Assembly: GCA_964536295.1 (NCBI GenBank)
Contig: CAZHVX010000002.1
Span: 1 to 42,669, forward strand
Reading direction: 5' to 3'
From: an uncultured Pseudomonadota bacterium
GTDB taxonomy: Bacteria; UBA10199; CAZHVX01
Length of the DNA stretch: 42,669 nucleotides
The notes below the pieces were generated by a model. That model saw only the letters and a list, made by a program, of their open reading frames with translations, was not told the DNA's origin and made no database searches. A program made the position numbers and the translations under genes. Below, in pieces: positions 36,204 to 42,669 of the stretch. Within the stretch, counting starts at the first letter, position 1, and every line of letters begins with the position of its first letter.

Positions 36204-37841
36204 ATGGGTTGCATGATGATAGCAAATCTAACCATGCGGCATTTCTTTACACGCGGATTAGTACAGATTGTAGAATACGGATCTACGCGGATGATATTTG
36301 CGATCCTTATCGTATGTCTCTTAGGATATTCAACTCCATCCAGTGCCACTTCACCGAACAACAGCATTAACGATATTTATGTTGTTTTGTTCGTCCTTGA
36401 TGGTGGAAACTATAAATATTTCGATAGTCTCATCAAAAAGGGAAAACTTCCAAATCTGAAAAAATATTTCTACGATGAAGGCGCTTACTTCGAAAAAGCC
36501 ATCACCTCTTTTCCAACATGCTCCGCTCCGAATTATCAGGGGATGATAACGGGGTTATATCCTGGAGAATCCGGGGTTAATTATCTTGGTTGGTTTGACA
36601 GAAAGAATGAAAAAAAATATGACTATTTAACCATTAAACATGTCTTAAGGCCCAATCTGGATCTATTCAACACGCATGCCATCATCAACGGCAATGGCAA
36701 TGAGAACCATCCAATTACTCTATTTGAGGTACTTGATGGATATCCAACTGCTTCAATTTATTCACCGATCACAAAGGGGGCAAGCAGAAGATCGCCAAAG
36801 GTCCCTATCGGCGCAATCTTCAATTCACTAACAGGAAATGAATTAAAACTCGATAAATCGGCACTGAAGTATCTTTACAGATCTTTTGTAAAAGACCCTG
36901 ATGATATTCCACGATTCACCCTAATTGGTCTTTATGGCACAGACTCATCTGGGCATCACTATGGTACAACAAGTGAGGAGGTCGAATTAATCTACAAACA
37001 CTTTGATTCCTTTATCGATAAATTTGTTACGCTTTTGAAGAAAAAGGATATTTACGATAAAACGTATCTGGTAATGGTCTCCGATCATGGGATACATGAT
37101 ATCTCGAATACAACAAGGCTTGATAGGGATCTTTGGAATGAAGGATTTCACGTTAAATACGGCAATCCCAGGAAATCGAAGGGATACAACCTTTTGGTTA
37201 TGGAAAGGGGCATTGCATCGGCTCAAATTTACGTAAGGGGAAACAACGGATGGAGAGACATCCCGGATATAAACTATCTAACAAACCTTCCCACTAAATC
37301 TGAAAAGAAAAACTTGATCTATTTTTTAAGAAATCACCCTGCGATAGATATTACCGCCGTTTTTGAGGATTCAAATACCACTAAAGTATTTTCACAGAAT
37401 GCCGAGGCAACAATAAAGTATCGGCTTAACAATGGTGATCTCGAAATTCTCTATCAACCCATGGATTATAAAAATGATCCGCTAAAATACAATGATTCAC
37501 TATATAACCAGTATGGAGGGACTGAGTGGTGGGCAAAGGCGACGATCGGCACTCAATATCCAGATGCGGTTACGCAGCTGGCCCAGATTTTTCTTGATGG
37601 TAAATCGGGTAACATCTGGGTTAGCACTAAACGCGAATGGGGACTGGTAAGAAAAAAATTAGCAACGCATGGATCATTACTTAACGATGATATGAGGGTA
37701 ATATTTGCCCTACATGGCCCAGGCGTTCCATACAAGAAATTCGGTTTTGCTAGATTAATAGATCTTTACCCAACCATGCTTGAATGGTATGGAATAAAAA
37801 GTGATCCGAAAAATTACTCTGGAAAAAAACTTTTTAAATAA
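36204..37841 (+). CDS. Alkaline phosphatase superfamily / nucleotide pyrophosphatase-phosphodiesterase
   Basis: LDG, FPTCSAPN..TGLYP, D..GH, SDHG, HGS; the true start may be 36291 (signal peptide). Confidence 0.85.
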   Translation: MGCMMIANLTMRHFFTRGLVQIVEYGSTRMIFAILIVCLLGYSTPSSATSPNNSINDIYVVLFVLDGGNYKYFDSLIKKGKLPNLKKYFYDEGAYFEKAITSFPTCSAPNYQGMITGLYPGESGVNYLGWFDRKNEKKYDYLTIKHVLRPNLDLFNTHAIINGNGNENHPITLFEVLDGYPTASIYSPITKGASRRSPKVPIGAIFNSLTGNELKLDKSALKYLYRSFVKDPDDIPRFTLIGLYGTDSSGHHYGTTSEEVELIYKHFDSFIDKFVTLLKKKDIYDKTYLVMVSDHGIHDISNTTRLDRDLWNEGFHVKYGNPRKSKGYNLLVMERGIASAQIYVRGNNGWRDIPDINYLTNLPTKSEKKNLIYFLRNHPAIDITAVFEDSNTTKVFSQNAEATIKYRLNNGDLEILYQPMDYKNDPLKYNDSLYNQYGGTEWWAKATIGTQYPDAVTQLAQIFLDGKSGNIWVSTKREWGLVRKKLATHGSLLNDDMRVIFALHGPGVPYKKFGFARLIDLYPTMLEWYGIKSDPKNYSGKKLFK

Positions 37842-37846
37842 TATAA

Positions 37847-38010
37847 TTGAACTTCTGAAAAAGTTGTTTATTGTAACATTATCGATTGTATTGTCATTCT
37901 GAACGCAGTGAAGAATCCAGCGAAAACAAGCTGCTAATACTGGATCCTTCTCCGCCTGAGGCGGATCAGGATGACAAAACGTGCATACAACAGTTTTACA
38001 GAAGTTTCAT
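37847..38010. mobile_element. MITE-like shell (AACTTCTGWAAAA TIRs) enclosing a TGTCATTCTG...CAGGATGACA REP with a nested TCCGCC-TGA-GGCGGA hairpin
   Basis: TTGAACTTCTGAAAAAGTTG vs CAACAGTTTTACAGAAGTTTCA; inner REP ~37892-37976. Confidence 0.6.
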
Positions 38011-38019
38011 AATAAAACA

Positions 38020-38448
38020 ATGTTAAAGAAATTTTTCAATAGATTCAGTAAAATAGTTTACGCAATGGAAATTGTTGGAGCAATATTAATACCGGCAAAT
38101 CTTTACAGAATTTTCACTGGTTCTTACTCAACCTCTTTAATCAAACTTTATCTTTTATGGATTCTATCATATCTCTTTGTTAGATTTTGTGCCACGATCA
38201 GATGGCACCTCACATCAGAAAGATATTCCGGTATAGAACTCCATTTTAAAAAGATTATGGTTGCAACATCGTATGTCATGGCGATATTTGGCCTGTTTCA
38301 TTTAATATTTCCGAACATAGTGTGGTCAATAATACCCTTGGTCTTCTTTGCAATAAACGTAAGCGTCAATTTAACCCTGGCATATTTTAGCTTGATTGAC
38401 AAAGATCGAACCGTTGCAAACCACTACACACACAATCTATACAAATAA
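38020..38448 (+). CDS. Hypothetical membrane protein (~4 TM)
   Basis: Four hydrophobic segments; start moved to ATG 38020, outside the repeat. Confidence 0.7.
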   Translation: MLKKFFNRFSKIVYAMEIVGAILIPANLYRIFTGSYSTSLIKLYLLWILSYLFVRFCATIRWHLTSERYSGIELHFKKIMVATSYVMAIFGLFHLIFPNIVWSIIPLVFFAINVSVNLTLAYFSLIDKDRTVANHYTHNLYK

Positions 38449-38502
38449 TAAGTCAATAATAACAACCAGTTAACTTGCGGCATCTCGCGTCATAAATAGA
38501 TA

Positions 38503-38557
38503 TGGACAAAACAAGGGGCCAGCTATAGCATTATGACGCATTAATAATGCGTCATAA
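38503..38557 (+). promoter_or_regulatory. TGGACA-N17-TAGCAT promoter followed by perfect palindrome TTATGACGCATTA-A-TAATGCGTCATAA
   Basis: 13-bp arms at 38531-38557 covering the predicted TSS; extra half-site GCGTCATAA at 38487-38495. Confidence 0.55.
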
Positions 38558-38571
38558 AAATGAGGTATTTT

Positions 38572-38745
38572 ATGCCCACAATAAGTGAATTTATAACAAA
38601 TTTTGGGTGGCCTGAATTTATCGTAACCGTATCGGCCATAGCGATCACCTGTCTCTTAAGAGAGACTTCTGACCTTGGCCACTTATTTAAACGTAAGAAA
38701 AGATATGACTCAGAAAAAGAAAAAAAGATCAAAAAAAGCATTTAG
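38572..38745 (+). CDS. Small single-TM hypothetical protein
   Basis: GAGGT RBS, hydrophobic stretch followed by a basic tail. Confidence 0.5.
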   Translation: MPTISEFITNFGWPEFIVTVSAIAITCLLRETSDLGHLFKRKKRYDSEKEKKIKKSI

Positions 38746-39127
38746 CGACAATTTAGACAACCTTCTAAATCTTGGCGCAACCAAGGACCATTTAGTGAAG
38801 GCTGGCCATGAGGTACTACTTGCATCACAAGGTCTAATTGGTATGGTTAAATCATATTGCAATGAAAAAAAGATTGAGCAGTCTTGTCCTCAACTTCATC
38901 AACTCATTTTATCTACCGAGTCCACAATTGCGCAGGCAAAGGACGGCGCATCCAAATCGGCGCAAATGAACAAAAATAGGGTGAAAGCCGAAGTTATCTC
39001 CGCTATTGTAGAAGCTTTAGAAAAGGAACTGAATAAAACCAAACGCAGCAAAAATCTACAAAAAAAGAAACTCCAACTGGAAGTTCTTGGTAACGTAATC
39101 GAAGTTTTATTAAGACAATTGAATTAA
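38705..39127 (+). CDS. Hypothetical helical protein
   Basis: ORF immediately upstream of the PhaR-like gene; start uncertain. Confidence 0.6.
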   Translation: MTQKKKKRSKKAFSDNLDNLLNLGATKDHLVKAGHEVLLASQGLIGMVKSYCNEKKIEQSCPQLHQLILSTESTIAQAKDGASKSAQMNKNRVKAEVISAIVEALEKELNKTKRSKNLQKKKLQLEVLGNVIEVLLRQLN

Positions 39128-39137
39128 GAGGCCCCTT

Positions 39138-39689
39138 ATGGATACCAAAATTATTAAGCGTTATCCAAATAGAAAACTATATGACACAACCGACAGCTGT
39201 TATGTCACGCTTGATGATATCGGCTTGATGATAAAAGATGGTGTAAATGTTCAGGTCTTAGACAATAAAACAAAGGACGATCTCACGTCAGTAACTCTGG
39301 CCCAGATTATCCTTGAAGAGGAAAAGCACAGAAAAAATGATTCATCCATGGAAATTTTCAGACGTCTAATCCAAAGCGGAGGCAGCGCCCTAAAGGGTTG
39401 GATGGAATTCAGCTTTAAGGGAATTTCCGAGGTCAGCGAAGTAGTGAGCCACTATATAGATGGGATGGTACAGGACGGACATATCAGACGCGAGGAAAGC
39501 CATCGGGCCGTAGATATGATAAAGGATTTTATCGAGCATCATATTAAACCAACAGTTTCAAATATAACGAACACAGGTTCTGTCCAATCTCAAATAGAAG
39601 ATCTTCAATTAAAGATTAGTAAATTGGAAAAAAATATTTCTAGCAATCCTTCCAGAAAAAACAAAAGACCAAAGGCAAAGCTGAAATAG
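39138..39689 (+). CDS. PhaR-like polyhydroxyalkanoate synthesis regulator DNA-binding domain protein
   Basis: IIKRYPNRKLYDT..S.YVTL..I...G...V.DNKT..DLT..TLAQII.E.E. Confidence 0.9.
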   Translation: MDTKIIKRYPNRKLYDTTDSCYVTLDDIGLMIKDGVNVQVLDNKTKDDLTSVTLAQIILEEEKHRKNDSSMEIFRRLIQSGGSALKGWMEFSFKGISEVSEVVSHYIDGMVQDGHIRREESHRAVDMIKDFIEHHIKPTVSNITNTGSVQSQIEDLQLKISKLEKNISSNPSRKNKRPKAKLK

Positions 39690-39690
39690 T

Positions 39691-40017
39691 TTACGTGCCA
39701 AGCATGAAGTTTTCTATTCTAACCCTATCTATATCAGACATATTTAAAAACTGAATTCCAAAACCATTGATCTGATCCTCCTCGCGCACGACCCTAACTA
39801 CTTTCGCAGTGCATTTTATGGGGCTGTAATCATCTGGAAACGCAAAGCTCATAAAAGCCTGGGACCCAACCTTAATAGGCACTTCACCATCCAGATATAT
39901 TCCCCCCAAGCTGACATCCTTGGAATATAAATATATTAGCGGATCTCCGAATTCATCTTCAAAAAAAACCGGAAACTCCGTTTTTTTTCGAGTATATAAT
40001 CTTTTCTCGTTGGGCAT
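39691..40017 (-). CDS. Single-domain PilZ protein
   Basis: RxxxR (KRLYTR) and DxSxGG (DVSLGG) c-di-GMP motifs. Confidence 0.9.
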   Translation of the reverse strand: MPNEKRLYTRKKTEFPVFFEDEFGDPLIYLYSKDVSLGGIYLDGEVPIKVGSQAFMSFAFPDDYSPIKCTAKVVRVVREEDQINGFGIQFLNMSDIDRVRIENFMLGT

Positions 40018-40019
40018 AA

Positions 40020-40391
40020 TTACTTAATTATCTCTTTCGCTACTATCTTGTAAAGTTTTTGTGGATGAAATGGCTTAATTATAACATCCGCTTTTTTTAG
40101 ATTTTCTAATTTATCACGCCACGTTTTTTCTTTTTCTGCACAAATAAAAACAACCGGTATCCCCTTATATTTTTTGTCCTCAAACAGCTTTTCTTTGTAA
40201 TCATCAAGTTTTTTTCCAAACACATTACTGTTCATCAGAATAATTTTTATCCTATTTTTGTCCAAACTGGACTTGTCAAATCCCTCAAAGCTTGAATAAC
40301 TCTTCAGTTCAATATCCAAATCTGCAAAAATAAGCTTGTAGATATTCCACGATAGTCTCGAGGCATCTATTACTACTGTATATTTTTTCAT
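40020..40391 (-). CDS. Atypical single-domain receiver (REC-like) protein
   Basis: VVIDAS, ILMN (Asn at the phospho-Asp position), IPVVF, IKPF. Confidence 0.75.
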   Translation of the reverse strand: MKKYTVVIDASRLSWNIYKLIFADLDIELKSYSSFEGFDKSSLDKNRIKIILMNSNVFGKKLDDYKEKLFEDKKYKGIPVVFICAEKEKTWRDKLENLKKADVIIKPFHPQKLYKIVAKEIIK

Positions 40392-40452
40392 AAGCCGGCG
40401 GAACTATACCATCTAAAAATTGTTTTTCAAGAAACTACGACCTGAATGTCAA

Positions 40453-40572
40453 AAGTAACCAGATACCAGTAACCGGAATCCAGAAAAATGAGCATCAACA
40501 TTATAGGACGCCCATTTCCTTTGATTTGCAGAAGCCATTTTCTGGAAACTGGTTACCGGTTTCTGGTTGCTT
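40453..40572. repeat. 7-nt periodic inverted repeat (ACCRG/CYGGT units) with a ~45-nt spacer
   Basis: AAGTAACCAGATACCAGTAACCGGAATCCAGAAAAATG vs CATTTTCTGGAAACTGGTTACCGGTTTCTGGTTGCTT. Confidence 0.8.
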
Positions 40573-40655
40573 CTAATAGTTAATCTTGACTTTAGGGCTG
40601 CTTTAACGTATAGAATTATCAATAAATTCGATAATATAATTTCCAAGGGGGGTTT

Positions 40656-41081
40656 ATGACAAAGAAGTTACTGGGTCTAGTGGTCGTAGCGGTTGTTTTC
40701 GCGTTAGTAGCCAATGTTGGCTGTGCAAAACAGACTTCAACCAAGGCCAGCGCAGACCTACAAAGAATTCACTTTGATTTTGATAAATCAAACATCAAAG
40801 CTGAATTTGAACCCGTCCTTCAAGGAAACGCGGCATGGATGCAAGCAAATCCAAGTAGAGACGTAGTCATTGAAGGACACTGCGATGAACGCGGCACGGA
40901 TGAATACAACATCGCACTGGGCGACAGAAGAGCTAACGGCTCAAAGAGATATCTGAAGAGCATGGGTGTCAATGGAAGCAAGATGTCAACAATTAGCTAT
41001 GGTGAAGAAAAACCATCAGCAAAGTGTCATGACGAATCATGCTGGTGGCAAAACCGTCGTGCAGAATTCATCGAGAAATAA
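40656..41081 (+). CDS. pal: Peptidoglycan-associated lipoprotein
   Basis: Lipobox VGC, IHFDFD, IEGHCDERGT.EYNIALG.RRA, SYGEEKP, NRRAE. Confidence 0.96.
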   Translation: MTKKLLGLVVVAVVFALVANVGCAKQTSTKASADLQRIHFDFDKSNIKAEFEPVLQGNAAWMQANPSRDVVIEGHCDERGTDEYNIALGDRRANGSKRYLKSMGVNGSKMSTISYGEEKPSAKCHDESCWWQNRRAEFIEK

Positions 41082-41101
41082 ATGAAATTTCTAAAGTAGA
41101 C

Positions 41102-41138
41102 AAAAAACCACAGAGAGTTTCACTTTCTGTGGTTTTTT
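41102..41138 (+). terminator. Intrinsic terminator-like hairpin between pal and cpoB
   Basis: AAAAAACCACAGA...TCTGTGGTTTTTT. Confidence 0.7.
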
Positions 41139-41153
41139 ATTGTGGAGATATGT

Positions 41154-41981
41154 ATGAATAGATCATTCTTTATAGTGGCACTAATAGCGCTCTCACTGCT
41201 TACTTCAAATTTGTTTGCTGTGAGCATTCAGACAAGGTTAGACAAACTTGAAGAAAGAGTTGATACGGTTGAAAAAACAAATTTGGGAAATAATGCGGAG
41301 GTTGCTCAGTCCCTAACCAGAGTAGAGCAGCTGCGCGAAGAATTTCAGGGTATCAAGGGCTCCATTGAGGCCAATAGCCATATAATCAAATCACAGAGTG
41401 GTGATACCCAACGCTACTATAAAGATTTGGAATTTAGGATCCAGGCCATTGAAGATAAAATGGAACTCTTTCAAACGCTCATTATGAAAGCGGTTGCGTC
41501 TATCTCACCAAAAACCGCAGATGAGGGCAAGCTCTACCAGAAAGGCTTGGATCAAATTGCCGAAGGAAATTATTTGGCCGCCATTGGAACATTCAAATCA
41601 TTCAACAAAAATTATTCCAAGAGCACACTAACTGACAATGCTCAGTTCTGGATTGGCGACTGCTACTTCGCAATGCGAGATTTTCAAAAGGCTATAAAAG
41701 AGCATCAAGAACTGATATCAAAATATCCGAAGAGCAAAAAGGCCTCTGAGGCTGCATTAAAGCAGGGCTATTCGTTTTATGAATTGGCGATGTATGACGA
41801 AGCAAAGGTCTTCCTAAATAAGGTTGTTGCTGATTATCCAAACACCGAAAGCGCGGCAAATGCAAAAGAAAAGCTGAATCTGATTAAATCAAAGGAATCA
41901 GAAAAACCGGAAGAGGTTACACCCGTAACGCCAGTGGCCCCGTCAGCTCCAGCCGAAGGGGAATCCACCTTAACCTATTAG
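41154..41981 (+). CDS. cpoB: Tol-Pal system TPR protein YbgF/CpoB
   Basis: Signal peptide, coiled coil, TPRs (NAQFWIG, YPKS.K...LK.G); follows pal. Confidence 0.9.
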   Translation: MNRSFFIVALIALSLLTSNLFAVSIQTRLDKLEERVDTVEKTNLGNNAEVAQSLTRVEQLREEFQGIKGSIEANSHIIKSQSGDTQRYYKDLEFRIQAIEDKMELFQTLIMKAVASISPKTADEGKLYQKGLDQIAEGNYLAAIGTFKSFNKNYSKSTLTDNAQFWIGDCYFAMRDFQKAIKEHQELISKYPKSKKASEAALKQGYSFYELAMYDEAKVFLNKVVADYPNTESAANAKEKLNLIKSKESEKPEEVTPVTPVAPSAPAEGESTLTY

Positions 41982-41994
41982 ATTGCGACAGTCA

Positions 41995-42149
41995 TGTCAT
42001 TGCGCTTGCCTCGCCGTAGCCTTGGCGTAGGCGGGAGACCACGAAGGGACGTGGCAATCTCCGCTTAACAAGTGTTTAATGGGGATTACGTCGTCACCTT
42101 GCTTGTCCTGAGCGAACGTCAGTGAGCCGAAGGGTTCCTCGTAATGACA
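41995..42149. repeat. Composite TGTCATTGCG...CGTAATGACA REP with two nested hairpin inserts
   Basis: First 43 nt are 41/43 identical to 13643-13685; second insert CTTGTCCTGAGCGAAC...GCCGAAGG. Confidence 0.8.
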
Positions 42150-42220
42150 AAAGGCACATGAACCAGTGTTCCAAAGGTTTCACATAGACAAAATTTGGCA
42201 TATCTTATATACCCTCCAAC

Positions 42221-42669
42221 ATGATTGTTTTAGGGATAGAGTCATCGTGCGATGAAACAGCGGTGGCAATATTGGAGGATGGAAAACTGTTATCCAATGT
42301 GGTTGCTTCACAGGTGGATCTTCATGCGAGATTTGGAGGGGTAGTACCAGAGCTAGCATCCAGAAAACATATAGAAACAATCATACCACTGATCCAGGAG
42401 GCCCTTGAAAATGCCGGCAAATCGCTTGAAGAGATAGATGGAATCGCTGCAACCTTTGCCCCCGGCCTTGTCGGCGCTCTCCTTGTGGGGCTATCAACCG
42501 CCAAGGCGCTTGCCTATACAATAAACAGGCCCATAGTTGGAGTTAATCATTTAGAGGCACATTTGAATGCACCGTTCCTGGCCTTTGACGATATTCCATA
42601 TCCTTTCCTGGCCCTGGTCGTTTCTGGAGGGCATACAAGTTTGTATCTGACAAAGGAATTTGGGGATTA
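42221..42669 (+). CDS. tsaD: tRNA N6-threonylcarbamoyltransferase, truncated by the window edge
   Basis: Manual translation MIVLGIESSCDETA...GGVVPELASRKH...PGLVGAL...VNHLEAH...VSGGHT. Confidence 0.96.
   Translation, partial: MIVLGIESSCDETAVAILEDGKLLSNVVASQVDLHARFGGVVPELASRKHIETIIPLIQEALENAGKSLEEIDGIAATFAPGLVGALLVGLSTAKALAYTINRPIVGVNHLEAHLNAPFLAFDDIPYPFLALVVSGGHTSLYLTKEFGD

Noticed and set aside
40449-40646. 65-aa ORF across the 7-nt periodic repeat
   Set aside because: Mostly translated repeat arms; it overlaps the pal promoter region and resembles no family
42185-42223. Leaderless transcription of tsaD and other SD-less genes (tadA, TIGR02757, REC)
   Set aside because: Plausible, but promoter spacing is imperfect and cannot be supported without TSS data

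Overview
AT-rich bacterial chromosome segment from a diderm, probably anaerobic or microaerophilic organism of a deltaproteobacteria-like lineage. The lineage is an inference from pal/cpoB, a MYXO-CTERM-like protease tail and a Desulfo-type hcp/rbr/dfx/fprA cluster. Gene order: dnaX-ybaB, adenine deaminase, tryptophanase, an oxidative/nitrosative stress cluster (rbr-dfx-flavin reductase-rubredoxin-fprA-Crp/Fnr-ferredoxin-hcp-nitroreductase) with two class II TTGAC-N4-GTCAA sites, a CsoR-controlled Cus-type efflux operon, nadA, two tRNA-Ser genes, tadA, an SPL-like radical SAM enzyme, orphan genes, an S8 protease, three adjacent motif-eroded proteins (PabB/TrpE-like, ThiD-like, NtrC-Fis-like), a PhaR-like gene group, pal-cpoB and a partial tsaD. 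The most unusual signal is non-coding. Many intergenic gaps hold palindromic elements (6/7/9-nt periodic inverted repeats, GTCAT-type REPs, CCTCGCC-type REPs, TIR-bounded MITE-like shells), several nested inside one another. The tRNA-Ser pair carries duplicated structured leaders, an anti-tRNA hairpin and what looks like an internally deleted GIY-YIG nuclease gene. All assignments come from reading motifs by eye; no database searches were run.
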